From: Phallusia mammillata
Taxonomy: Eukaryota
DNA length: 64,000 nucleotides
NCBI GenBank assembly: GCA_965637545.1
Contig: OZ281496.1
Coordinates: 29,078,001 to 29,142,000, forward strand
Direction of reading: 5' to 3'
Position 1 is the stretch's first letter, and every line of letters starts with the position of its first letter. A program made the position numbers and the translations under genes. Shown here one piece after another: positions 10,323 to 23,700 of the stretch. The notes under the pieces were generated by a model. It was not told the origin of the DNA. It saw nothing but the letters and a program-made list of their open reading frames with translations, and ran no database searches.

Positions 10323-13300
10323 ATGTTGGAGGAAAAGACGAAAAGCTCCAAAACCAAGAGAGAGAGCTGGAATAAATCATGGGACTTTGTACTTGCACTT
10401 CTCGGTGGTTCAATAGGACTCGGTAATGTGTGGAGATTTCCATATCTCTGCTTCAAAAATGGTGGAGGTAAGTGGGAGAGTTATATATGGGTTGGTGTTT
10501 GTGCGATATAACTAGTAGGAAAGCTATTGCTGACAGGCAGAACATCAAATTCATTGATCTCTTCAGGCAATTGTATTTTTTACCGATGTTTGGACGTCCT
10601 ATTCAGGTCGCCTTCATTAGGATAAATAACAATAAATGTGCGTTGTATACAGAGGTAGAAGATAATTATGATTATAATCAAAGAAAGGAAAAAGATAATT
10701 AAACGCAAGCACGTCACAACGTAACGATAATACTGTGCGATAACGAATGCTTGATTGGGCCTAATGAAGGCAGCCTGTATAGGACGTCGAAATGTCGGTG
10801 TATAAATACAAAGGTCGAAACGCATTTAAAGGTTTCAAAGTATCCTACTTCAAATATTGTACCGAACCACAGGCGTTAAATGCAGACATCAATTTTCCTG
10901 CAAACGTTACAACTGTAAATAAATGCATGCTTCATTTACTCTATGGTTTGTACATCTAATGTCAAACATTAATCATGAAAACAATGTATCATGCTAGCTG
11001 TTTGTTTTTGCTCATGGTTCATCATAAAGCTAGCAACGACCTTACAACAGCTAGCATCATACGGCATATAAGTTTGCATGGTGAAAAAGTAAGAATTGTT
11101 TTGTGAAATTTAGGTGCTTTTCTGTTCCCTTACCTTTTCTTCGTCATGGTGTTAGCAATTCCTCTGGTGATGCTGGAGACTTCAATGGGACAAAGGGTGA
11201 GGCGGGGAGTCGTACAAAGCTGGGCGATCGTTCCTGTGTTTAAAGGTACAACATAAATCAGAATAGATTGTAAGGTTTGTTATTTATTGCTGACATATAA
11301 AATGAAATCAAAATCCCTAATCAAGACAACAGTTTTAGGAATGACATAAACAAGGTCCGCAATATCTAAACCAGTGGTTCCCAACCTTTTTGTAGTCACG
11401 GACCCCTTTTATAAATTTTACACGTCCGCGGACCCCCAAAGTAATTAAGCCGTGATATTCGTTTCCTGCATTATACGTTATTATACTTTTGCTTTTGGGG
11501 GCAGATCTTTAATCAACCTTCACAGTCCTTAAATCTCAATAACATTCTGTACTGTACCGGCCAATGCAACAAAGAAATAAGTTTTCTGCTGTACAATACT
11601 TGAAACAAGCCACTATAAAGTCTATTGTTCATGTGTGTTGTACAATGGAGGTAACAATCACACAAAAAGCAAGTTTTCTTGATCCAAAGATTTGATAAAC
11701 GGTTAGCACTGGTATGCAGGATTGTAAAGACGGTTTGGAAACTTAAAAATATTGTATACTGTTGGGTAGGGATGGCCCGATAGTACTGTATCGGCGCCGA
11801 TACTCGATGCTTCGAGCAGTATCGGTACTCGTCCGATACTTTAGCGGTATCGGTACAAGTACCGATACTTTTTTTGAGACTTTATCATGTGTAAAATTGA
11901 AAATGAAAGGAGGCAAAAAAACAACAATCATCGGCTGTGACAAAATATTTATGGGACTACATTTAAAAAACGCGTTCGTTTTGGATTTAATGAAATAATA
12001 TGACCTAATTCGCTACAGCGACTTAATGCCGACTTAATTGGAAGGTTAACAAAGCAAATTTTCCTGCATTATTTGATTTAGCAAAATGTTTTTTAGGCCT
12101 GCCATCCAGTAGTGTTGCTTGTGAGCGATTATTTTCTGTTGCTGGTAATATTGTGTCTCCTTTAAAAAACGTTTGTCACCAGAAAATGTAAACAAACTTA
12201 TTGTCATCAAGCACAATGTGTGAAATGATAACTGATTACTCATTTCAATTTCTGATTACTGTAAAAAAATGTTTAGTGCCAGTAGTTTAGTGTTGTTTCT
12301 TGGTGATAAGACTTAAATGGTGAAGTGTTTTGTTTAGGTGATTTATTAGACTGTGTGCGTTGTTAAATTATCTGTGATGGTAAAAAAGCAGTTAATGTGT
12401 TAGACTCAGTGTGTTGTTATATTAACTGTGATGGGAAAACACATTACAAATACATCAGTTTGAAAATGTTGTTGCTTGTTTGCAAAGTATCGGGTATCGG
12501 TATCGGATCGCAGTACTTTTGCGGTAAAATATCGGGTATCGGTATCGGTTCAAAATATTGGTATCGGGCCAACCCTACTGTTGGGTAATGGCATTTAGAA
12601 TGTTTGCCTCCACGGACCCCCTAAAACAGTGGTTCTCAAAGAATGGGTCGCGCAGGGTCGAAAAATGGGTCGCGCTATGGTGATTCAATTCTGCCCAAAC
12701 CAACTTTTTTATTTCATTTTTAAAGTATTTTTAATTCTCCATCATGACTGAATTGTGGCTTCATCTTAGTAACCTAGAGTATTGCATCATAAGTGGTTTT
12801 CTGAAAGTTTTTATGGCAGTCAGATACAGTATAGCCGTATCTAACTACAGCCTCACTCGACCACGTTGCTTAGTAAGATGAACCAATCATTACAGATTAC
12901 AACATACAACAATAGCCTTCCAATTTTACAGTTACGCATATGACGATTGTGACGTCAATAACGCGCGGAATAATAGGACAAGTTAATCATGCGAAACTGA
13001 ACAAGGATATGTAACAGTTAGCGTTTAAGAATGAGTAAGTATTCGTACAAGAAAAAAAATACATTTCATTGATGTTTGAGGCTTGGGTCGTGAGATGTTC
13101 ATAAAACTCAAATTTGGGTCGCGTTCAAAAAGTTTGAGAACCACTGCCCTAAAACCATCTCTACGACCCCTTGAGGGTCCGCGAACCCCAGGTTGGGAAC
13201 CACTGATCTAGACTTATGTTCAGTTTACCATTTATCTTTAAAGGATGCAAAAGCAATAGGCGTTAGTAATTATAAAATAGTGTTTTGTAGCCATTTCACT

Positions 13301-16300
13301 GAATTCGTTATTATTTCATAGTGCCTATTTATGAAACTACTTAATTTTAGTAGGTAAAGGGGTTAAAAACATCCATTTCAGTGAAATGGGATATCAGCAA
13401 ATTGGCAAACAACCACCATTTTAAAACTACTGGGGTTAAAACTTATCAAAACAAAACAATACTTTGTATGAAGTATATTTTGCCTGTTGGACATCATTGG
13501 TGCCTAATTGAAAATGAATCTTATTGCAATGGAAAAGATATGAGACACACGTAGTTAAAGCTACACAAGGTTTGAACATCATTTCACCCCTTTTAGGTTT
13601 GGCCGTCGCCCAAATAATGGTCAGCTTCTATTTCAATGTTTGCTACGCGGTGATTATGGCGTGGTGCTTCAAGTATTTTCAAGTCAGCTTTATGTCTCCA
13701 CTGCCCTGGTCGACTTGTGGAAACCCGTGGAACACAAACCGCTGCGTGACGGCCAAGAAGAACATTGAATCGTCGATTAATATTACAACATTCGAAAATT
13801 CATCCGATACCGATGTAACCTCACACGCGATAAACGGTTCCCACAACGCAACAACCTCAATAGGAGTTACCTCATCAGCAACGGAGTATTGGTTGTGAGT
13901 AAATCATATTAGTAACCCGAAAGTGGGTGGTGACAAAAGGTTGATAAAACATTGCAAGTGTGTTAATTCCACACATAAAACATTATAGTCCTTGTTACAA
14001 ACTATATTTGTTGAGTCTTGGTAGTTTAGTTGTAAGTTCAAACTTAGGTTATGGACTCTTAAGTGTGATTATTTCCAGCCGTGGAATATTGGACGTGTCC
14101 CCAGCAATCGAGGTTTCTGGCAGTTTTCGTTGGGATCTCGTAATTTGCCTCATAGCGGTTTGGATCCTGGCTTATTTGGCAACATTTAAGGGCATCAAGT
14201 GGACGGCCAAGGTGTTTCACTTATCTTATAATTTTTACTCTTTGGCGCCTCAACAGATGTAAAGATAAAATTTAATTGAAACAGCACATGCTAAAATGTG
14301 TGTATGAAACCGTAAGCCAATGGTTCCGAACCTTTCATAGCTCGTGGCCGCCTTTAAGTAACCCTCGGAACCCGTGACCCTGCTCTTTACAAACTGCTGA
14401 TGAAAAACTAACTAAACTAAATAGTAGATGCTAAACATAATTGGGTCTTTTATCACCTTCACTGATCATATTCCCACAGCTTAAGTGTCTATTTGCAAAA
14501 AAAAATGATTACAGTAAATTCCTCCCTGGTTGAGTACCACAGACATAATGTCTTTTAGCGGATGTTTTTAGAGAGTCTACGAGCATGGTCGCCCAGAATA
14601 CAGCTCGTGCCCCCCTTATGGGCTCTGGGCTAGTGATGGGACGATACCAGGTTTTGAAGCGAGTACCGATACCGAGTACGAGTACCACATGTATACACCT
14701 TCGATACCGAGTACCGAGTGCGATTACCGAGTACTTAAGTGTAGTGTTGTACTTAGTTGTATATCACTGGCTAATTTATCTGCCATGGTCGGGGTACAGG
14801 CGTGCACACACGCACATGCCGAAAAATGTAATCTCCACCTGATAGCGAAAAAAATATAAGTAACCTGGCGGAACTTTTTCCAATTTTGTGCTGTCCGAAG
14901 CAAATATTGGCATAAAGTTGCCCGCATTCTTATGGTGTAATTCGGCCTTCGGTACTCGCACGTTGGTATCGAAAACTGAGCCAAAATATTTCGATACCGA
15001 GTACGAGTATCGATACCACTGAAATCGTTCGATACCGTCGATACCGAGTACCGGGTACTCGTCCCATCACTACTCTGGGCCCTGGTTAAGAACATCAATA
15101 CGAGTGTGCCGTGACCGCTAGCCTGCAAAGACAATTTAGGGTTTTAGGGCAGATTTATATAATTTATGTTCATCTTAAGTCAACATGTTTTTTCTGTTAG
15201 ATTGTATACGTAACAGCCACACTTCCATTCTTATTGATTATCGTCATTTTGATTCGCGGGCTAACTCTGCAGGGTGCATCACTCGGCTTAAGGTACTACG
15301 TCATTCCTGACATGAAAAAGATTGCTAATCCGGAGGTAAGATTGCTGTTTTAGTTTCTTAAGGTAAAAATGTTAAACGGTTATGTTTGGATTTACCGGAA
15401 ACAATCAGATGTTATTTCTCGTGTTTAAGTTTAATAGTTTTATAATAAGTCTTTTTGAGGGAATTTTCAAACGCGTTTTAGCAATTGTAGCGGCCCAAGT
15501 AGACGTAAAAAGCGACGCACAAAAGCGACGCGCTTTATTAGTTAAAGGTTTCGGCAAATTTCCATGCCACAACAGTATTACACCCAATAATATCCGCTTG
15601 AGTTACATAAAGTCCAACAAAACTACATTGAATTTTAATAAAATCAATTTATAAACTGCAATTTTTATCTTTAACTTATATTTCACGTTACAGGTTTGGG
15701 TTGCAGCAGCTACTCAGGTACTTTATTCCTATGCCGTCGGAACAGGTGTGCTCACAACGCTAGGAAGCTACAACAAATACCACCATAATTTCTGGAGGTA
15801 ATTCCTTCCTTTAAAGTAAAGTGCAACTTTCATTTTTGTAGTCTACACTTTGTCATATGGGTGTGCTTAGGAGACCGGCTTGATTCAGTGCAATGCCCTC
15901 AATAGACGTAGTGTAGTGTGATTTTTCATTTTACATTCATTTCGCATGATTATTTAAAATAAATACTGACGATGCTTTAGAAGCAGAGTACATTTGCCTT
16001 AGTCAAAAAGCTAGCAATCTTTTTTTTCTGGGAACAAACGCTCTTATGCTTGTGGCACAGAAAGAGGAGTTTTAAGTCACGCCGGGCTTTTGGCGCCTAG
16101 GATTAACTAAAACGGCCTAACTTTATTCTCATCATCACTTGGCCGCAATTGCGCCAACTTTCGGGCCTAATATGGGCGCTTATACAACTCTGGTACATAA
16201 GCAAATGCAGTACTTTATTCTTGCTGTTGCTGGTCAGCGGTTTTAGTTTACTCTATATTTAAGATTACAAAAAATTCAACGTTTGCAATTACAGGGACGC

Positions 16301-19249
16301 AGCTACATTCTCCATATTTAACACTCTGACGAGTTTTGTGAGTGGACTGGCGATCTTTTCCACCTTAGGGTTCATGGCAAACTACCAGGTATTTCAGCAG
16401 CTTACCATAAAGACACTTAGAAGAAACAACGTCAAATGCTATTTCTGTACAACAATCAAACAATAAAAAAAACTAACCACCGTTCTCTGATTTGATTAAA
16501 TCTACAAGTTAAAACGAGAAACAAACAATTCGGTATATTTGAATAGAACATGACGTTGACCAAAACTCGACCACCCTCCCCCTCTGTACTAATGTTTTGA
16601 CACCTGACCTTTCAATCTCTTTTCGTTTTTATCTGCACACGGTTTTACGAGCTGCTTGACATTCATTTCATTTGAAACGTCATGTTATATACAAATGTAT
16701 TGACTTGTTTGTTTCTCGTTAGAATCTTTGAAGCCGTGAGCTGTGTACCTAAGTTACAAGTTAAGACTTACGCAAAATAGGCCTTGCGCTTCCTTCTGGA
16801 CAGAATGCTACGCCTTTTTGTCAAAATGATCTATCCAATTTAACGCTACAGAACACTACGGTGGAAAAGGTTGCAAGCTCCGGACCAGGGCTTGCGTTTA
16901 TCGCCTACCCCGAAGCATTGTCACTCTTACCACTACCTCAACTGTGGAGCGTCGTATTCTTTCTCATGATTATTTTCATCGGCTTTGACTCAATGGTAAG
17001 GACAGGGACAAAACAGTACAAACACTTGCCCACAATTGTGACACAGCAGTAAAAATGTATGAAACCAAAATGTCACACTGGACACAAAGTCGAAGATTAT
17101 ACTGACCCAAAATAACTCTCTCAGAGACTGTTTGTATATTGAACATCCGAAAGAATCAAGTCTGAAACACCGACCCGAAGGGCCAAAAGTTGAGGAAATT
17201 TTGACACAAATGAGATTGTGAAGTCAGCCCCGACAATGCATTCAAAACAGAAACGCACTAAATCGACCATTTTTACAGTTTATTTCACAAGAGGCCATAA
17301 TGGCAATTCTGTTTGACAACATCCCAGTCTTGCGCAAGAGAAAAGAACTCTACCATGCCATTGTGTGCTTCTTAATGGGGTGTGTCGGACTCTCAATGGT
17401 TACGCAGGTAAGACGCCAGCGAACAGACGTGTTATCGTAAGCAAACTTTACAAAACTAAAATTGTCTCAAGAGCACCACATAGCGTGTGTGATGTTGAGT
17501 ATATTTCGCTTGGTGAAACACACTATTGCACTAAAACAACCACCAAGCCGGAAACAGCTGCGCAACGAGGGGCCCCTAACAACTAACAGTTCTATATAAT
17601 TAATTTTGGTAAACCAGAATAAAATGCATTTGATACTGTAAGCAACTTTCCTTATCGAAACAATAGTCATATGGAATTTCGTAAGCTTAAACACTTTGTT
17701 AAAATAGTCTGCATGATCATTTGCTTATTGATTCAATCTTATTATAACATCAGGTCATGACTTCAGGATATATATACAATATATGTACATATATATATAT
17801 ATATATATATATTGCTTTGCGGTATCGTCGGTATCTATAAGCAAGCACAAAGGTATATCTTTTAAATTCATGCGGATGAATGACTTGATGTTGTAATAAA
17901 TTTGAAACAATAGGAATAAGGGTAATTGTGGTTTTCATCAACGACTTGGAAGATTTTAGTTTAACGTTTAAAGCATATAGTGTTGATGCATTTGATCTTT
18001 CAAGGAACTTTACTTGTCAACAGCCATATTGGAAGACCAATCTTTTAGTTAAAAAAGTTTGAATGAACATTTGTGAGTCAAATTTTTATGCGTTAATTAA
18101 CACAGGGTGGAGTTTATGTGTTCGAGATCTTCAACAATTACGGTGCTTCAGGCTGGTGCATGTTCCTTATTGCTGGAACCGAATGTGTGGCAATTGCTTG
18201 GGTGTTCGGCTTCGAACGTTACTGGGAGGAAATCAAGAATATGATCGGGAAAAGAAGAGGGAAATATTGGCTGCTGGTGTCTTGGAAATTTGTGGCGCCT
18301 ACCATATGTATTGTAAGTACCTCATGCCAAATTTTACTTGCAGTTAGAGCGACTTTGTTTAACGTGTACTTGTTAATCCTTTCTTGGCCTACACGTGATT
18401 GGTTGCATCACCAGTGTGGCGTCATGTTAAAGCACTGGTTCAAACCTTTTAACGAGTTCCTTCCTAGACAATATAAAACATATTCATTCCACCCTAAGAA
18501 ACTACACAGTAGATACTAAACCATACAACGATAATTTAAAATCAGGTCCTTTATATCAACTTCACAGGTCTTATTCCCAGAGTGTAGGTGTCTTTTTACA
18601 AACCACATGTACAACTTAAAGTGAATCCTTGACCTATTCCTCCCTGGATAGAAACCACTGTGTTATATGGTGTGTAGTGATCGTGAACCTAGTCTATTTT
18701 AAGAAGTGGGCTGTCCTGTTACGGGCGTTGTAGAGTTTCACACTTGGGATTTCACACACACAACTCGTTCAAAAAATTGGTACCAAACAGTCAATTTGTT
18801 GCGTATACCTGATACGTCGCTTTTAACAAGCTCCAGCTATTTAGGTTTAGCATGATATTTGTTTCTCAGATTATAGCGGGTTACTACGTGACAATGCATA
18901 AACCACTACGTTATCGGGATTACGTATATCCACCATGGGCACAAGCAATCGCCCACCTCATGAGCTTCAGTTCAGTTATAATGATCCCGGCATATGCGAT
19001 ATACAGCACTTATACCACGTGGAAGAACGGAGGAAGTTTTCGAAAGGTAAACGGAGTTAAGCAACCTTGACCATATGCATACAAGCTTAATGATGAAATG
19101 TGAAATCACACTAGTATATACAACACCCAAGGTCGCCATTGAGCAGTGCAGACAAAACTAATACGATTTTTATGTTCTAGTTGCTTGGACAACAACCGAA
19201 CGAAATTGTGAAGGAGGCGGAACCACTTGCCACCTCAACAGCAATTTAA
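10323..19249 (+). CDS. SLC6 (neurotransmitter:sodium symporter family) paralog 2, 12 exons, 588 aa
   Basis: Exons 10323-10467, 11114-11245, 13597-13894, 14079-14211, 15201-15335, 15694-15797, 16295-16388, 16852-16995, 17279-17407, 18106-18312, 18870-19046, 19181-19249. All GT-AG, phases consistent, total 1767 nt. Motifs [52 protein letters not shown]. Non-monoamine type (Gly, not Asp, in TM1). The ATG used by copy 3 is GTG here, so the start is assumed at 10323. Confidence 0.9.
10515..10830. repeat. Decayed inverted double-hammerhead unit, family A, in intron 1 of paralog 2
   Basis: Minus arm core TCATTAG at 10614-10620 and plus arm CTAATGA at 10761-10767, each followed by the ...AGGACGTC stem. 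Shared tail AAGCTATTGCTG.CAGGCA. Confidence 0.75.
11767..12577. mobile_element. hAT-type MITE (TAGGGATGGCCCGATA) with GATAC/GGTATC subterminal repeats
   Basis: TIRs TAGGGATGGCCCGATA / TATCGGGCCAACCCTA; TSD CTGTTGGG at 11759-11766 and 12578-12585. Confidence 0.9.
12627..13146. mobile_element. hAT-type MITE (CAGTGGTTCTCAAA family)
   Basis: TIRs as in 7396-8316; TSD CCCTAAAA at 12619-12626 and 13147-13154. Confidence 0.9.
14631..15072. mobile_element. hAT-type MITE (TAGTGATGGGACGA)
   Basis: TIRs TAGTGATGGGACGA / TCGTCCCATCACTA; TSD CTCTGGGC on both sides; CGATACCGAGTA subterminal repeats. The paralogous site in copy 3 (about 24330) is empty. Confidence 0.9.
15488..15590 (-). repeat. Decayed family B hammerhead unit; paralogous remnant at about 24716-24795
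   Basis: GCGGCCCAA.TAGACG.AAAAAGCGAC...GGTTTCGGCAAAT..CATGCCA in intron 5 of both paralogs, so the insertion predates the gene duplication. Confidence 0.6.
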
Positions 19250-20706
19250 ATATTCCAGCAGAGGAAAAAATGTTTTGTGCATTTTTGTAATCGTTAGTTT
19301 TTTTTCGACAATTTTACTGCAAACGCCACCAAAAGACAAAACCATGACGCATAAGAGCAAAGTGTTACCTATATTACCTACAATAGGGCTTACCATATCG
19401 TCTTTATTTCTGAGATTTGTCCTTATTTTGAAGGGCAACGTCTTAGAAAATTGTAGTGTCTTTGTTATTAAGAAGTGTCCTTCTTTTTGACTCACGTCTT
19501 ATTTTCGACAATTACAAGTTAAATCCCTGCTACAGACAAAAGGAAACCTAGACCTAAGTTTAGTGCCTTTTTTTAACTCGGGCACTGTGCCTAACTAAAG
19601 TAAATACTGTGGCACGTTTTAGCAAACCCTGTTTGCACGACGCTAGCAGGATGTCGATAATGCTATTCATGTGTTGTGAATGCAATTGCGCCACGTCCTC
19701 CGATTCATTTTTTCACCTTGTTTACCATGTTGTAGCGGGGTTGGCGTTTAAACATTTTAATTACCAGCCGTTTAATTAAAAACTGCGTTATGAGTTTAAT
19801 TCGGGTAGATGAGTTCAGTTGTTAGTCACAAACGTCATGTATTTTTGCAAAATTTTGCCGAATGCGCGATTTTAATCTACGTTAGAAACACTATGTAAGG
19901 ATTAGAAAGAAGTTTAATCAAAAACATAAATGCCAGAAAATTTGTGTACACAGATTACAAGTTAGTACAGACGTTTCCACTGTTTTGTGCAGTGCAGGTT
20001 GTCAACTGTGCTTGAGAAGTTTAATATAAAAACCACTACTGCATCGAGCCTAAAAACGCCGCAGAATATAACCTTAACCAGTAAGTCAACTCAACAAAAG
20101 TCATTGCGGTATTAAAAGACAGAAGTAGACAGCATAGAACAAGAATGTCAACCGACCAAACTAGTTTTTGAACAATCACAAATGCAGAAACACAAAGTTG
20201 TAACCGCGCTTTTAAGCCGTGCGTTTATCTTTTTTTCTGAAACGGTGTGGACGGGTGTGGCCGCGCGCCGTTCATACACGGCTGTGGGCCCATAATATAG
20301 TTTTAAAAGTTAAATCTTGACCAGGGTTTAATTCAAACCCTTGAGTTCACAAAACTTTTCAATACGTGAAAGACAGTTGGACAAAAACCAGAAAGTTTAA
20401 TGTATTCGTGTAAGAGCAGACAGTGCCCGCTGTTTCTATCTATAAGGTCCCATCAGTATAGTAGGTGACGAGAAATAGCCCGTATTGGCTATTGTAGTCA
20501 CCCAACTGGACTCCAGTTTGTTGGGAGTAACAAGCTAGAAACCGATGCATCACCTACTCTGTTGGATGCTAACACTTATGTATTCGAACTATTAAAGAAA
20601 ACAGCAAACACTACTTACATACTTTCTTATACGATGTTGCTTCATAAAGGCAGAGCAAGTAACTCCACATATTGTAGAGCAGTAGAAACATTTCCCTGGG
20701 AACACC

Positions 20707-23700
20707 ATGAGCAATCCGAATGTGTTGGAGAAAATGTCTTCGACGAGAAGCTCCAAAACCAAGAGAGAAAGCTGGAATAAATCATGGGACTTTGTACTTG
20801 CACTTCTCGGTGGTTCAATAGGACTTGGTAATGTGTGGAGATTTCCATATCTCTGCTTCAAGAATGGCGGGGGTAAGTGGAAAAATTTGCACACTGTATG
20901 GGTTGGTGTTTGTGCGATATAACTTGCTGTTTTTTTGTTTGTTTGTTTCGGGCCATAGTTTACCATGGAGCTTAAGCAACGTGCTTACAACAGCTAGCAT
21001 CATATGGCACATGTAAATAAGCTATTGCTGCCAGGCATAGTATCAACTTTAAAGAGCTCTTCTGGCAAATGTATTTTTATTCCGACGTTTCGACGTCCTA
21101 TACAGGTCGTCTTCATCAGGGTAAATAACACTGAATGCGTCTAGTACAGTGCACGATAAACAAAGGAAAAAAGGAATAAAACGCAAGCACGTCACAACGA
21201 AACGAAACTTTTTTCCTTTGTTTATCGTGCACTGTACTAGTCGCATTCAGTGTTATTTAACCTGATGAAGACGACCTGTATAGGACGTCGAAACTAGGGT
21301 TGAATTATCCGGATATCGGATAACCGGTTAACCGATTAACCGAAGGATTTTTTGTTATCCGATATCCGGATATTTTTGTGTCGGTTAACCGGATAACAAA
21401 AGAACAGTGCCGCGTCAGCGTTTTATGCATTTTAACATAATTTTAGAAAACACGCAGTTAATGTGCAGTGGTGGATGCAACGAACGACTTTATGTTTATC
21501 CTACATATTCCCTACCAATGTTCAAATTCACAAGAAAATTTACGTCACACTAATGAAACGGTAAATACATCTATTGTAAGGTGATTGGCTCGGAGGGATA
21601 AATTTTTAGATACGTAAAAAAATGTTCGTTTAGTAACAATGTTTGCGGCCCGGTGCATTGTGGGACATCTCCATACATTTTGATATGAATTTCCCACAAT
21701 GCACCGGGTAACTTGCAACGAAACATAGCGAACTTGAACGCAAGTAACTAAGTTGCCGCAAGTTAGCTATCTTGCAAGTTTTTTGTTTGTTTTCGAAACG
21801 GCGTCCCATAATGCTTAAGCAGTAAATGCGTAAATTTAATATATGCTGGACAATTATGAACAAAAAAACGAAATCGGCGCCACAATTGAATGATGTTGGA
21901 ATAGACTTATTATTATCCGGTTAAACGGATAGCTAAATTCAAAATATCCGTATATATCCGTTATCCGGATAGTGGAAATTATTGATATCCGAACCAACCC
22001 TAGTCGAAACGTCAGAATAAAAATATATTTGCCAGAAGAGCTCTATAAACTTGATATGGCACATATGTTTGCATGCTTGATAAGTAAGAGTGTAAGAATT
22101 GTTTTGTGAAATTTAGGTGCTTTTCTGTTCCCTTACCTTTTCTTCGTCATGGTGTTGGCGATTCCTATGGTGATGCTGGAGACTTCAATGGGACAAAGGG
22201 TGAGGCGGGGATTGGTACAGAGCTGGGAGATCGTTCCTGTGTTCAAAGGTATAACATCAATCTGATTAAATTGTTGTTGTTTGCGGCCGACATGTAACAT
22301 TTGAAGAATGGTTTTGCATAGGAAACAAACAGGAACAAAGGATTTTTATATCGATTTATATTTCGATTTCCACGAACTGATGATGCCACATCGGCGATAA
22401 GTTATATATTGCTTTATTTGAACCGACAGACTCTGTTTCACCAAGGATTTTGTCGTCCATTGGTTTTACTGTATTATAGTAAAAAGGCCAAACAGTGATC
22501 GTCAGTTTAAGTCATGCTGTTGATGGTTTTGATCTATTACTAAAGTTGTCATTTTGTTCTACACAAATCTATTAGCTTGTTTGTTATAAATTTAAAAGAA
22601 TTCCGAAATTCACAAAAAGCAACAACCTTTGACAACAAAATGACAACTTCTTTAGAAAAAATTAGGCGGTCCATCAAATTATCGAAACCGAATTGTCAAC
22701 GTTGCCAATCCTCAACACGCACAAGATGCCATAATAGAAGGAAAGAGAAACATACACTTTATATGAAGTGTATTTTGCCTTTTATACATTATTATTGAAA
22801 CTGAATCTGATTGCAATGAAAAAGATATTAGACTCACGCAGTTCAAACTGCAAAAAGGTTTGGGTAATAAATTGACGCAGCAACATTTCTCCCTATTTCA
22901 CAGGTCTGGCCGTCGCCCAAATAATGGTCAGCTTCTATTACAATGTTTGCTACGCGGTGATTATGGCGTGGTGCTTTAAGTATTTTCAAGTCAGCTTTAT
23001 GTCTCCCTTGCCCTGGTCGACTTGTGGAAACCCGTGGAACACAAACCGCTGCGTGATGGCCAAGAAGAACATTGAATCGTCGATTAATATTACAACATTC
23101 GAAAATTCATCTCATACCGATGCAACCTCACACGCGATAAACAGTTCCCACAACGCAACAACCACAATAGGAGTTACCTCATCAGCAACGGAGTATTGGT
23201 TGTAAGTAAAACCTATACCCTGAACAGTCGTAACCTAAGACAATTTAGAAATAGTCAAACATATTATGTATTTTTAAACGACATTTCGGATTTTCGGATC
23301 ATTACAACTTGAATGATTGTCCAAATTAAGGTGGTGACAAAAGGTTGATAAAACATTACAAGTGTGGTAATTCCACACATAAAACATTATAGTCCTTGTT
23401 GCAAAAGATACTTGTTAATTTTTTTTAGTTTAGTTGCAAGTTCAAATTTAGTTATGGACTGCACACACCGTAACTGCTCTATATACCCATACTGTTAAAG
23501 AAACCTGCGAAAGGCTTTTGATCCGTTCATCAGAAAAAAGTGTTAGCAAAACAATTTGGAGTGTAACAAATGTGGCCACAGCTTTAAGTGTGATTGTTTT
23601 AGGTCTTAAAATAATGTACATACTGACGAAAACAAAAAGTTACCTGATAAAGCTCGAGATTCAAATCAGTTTTGGAAGAAAGTATCAGGCAAAACAACAA

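Larger units (their letters stand above)
11372..13205. mobile_element. hAT-type MITE (CAGTGGTTCCCAACC) hosting two nested MITEs
   Basis: TIRs CAGTGGTTCCCAACC / GGTTGGGAACCACTG; TSD ATCTAAAC / ATCTAGAC. Confidence 0.85.
21013..22053. mobile_element. Family A inverted double-hammerhead insertion (Penelope-pLTR-like, non-autonomous); right arm split by a MITE
   Basis: Complete ~190-nt unit on minus (21017-21205) followed by an inverted partial copy; 11-bp TSD ATATGGCACAT at 21002-21012 and 22054-22064. Confidence 0.85.

Noticed and set aside
21013-22053. Inverted double-ribozyme units as ordinary TIR MITEs
   Set aside because: Arms are unequal, TSDs vary (6-13 bp), and solo single-arm copies exist; this matches Penelope-type inversion rather than cut-and-paste.
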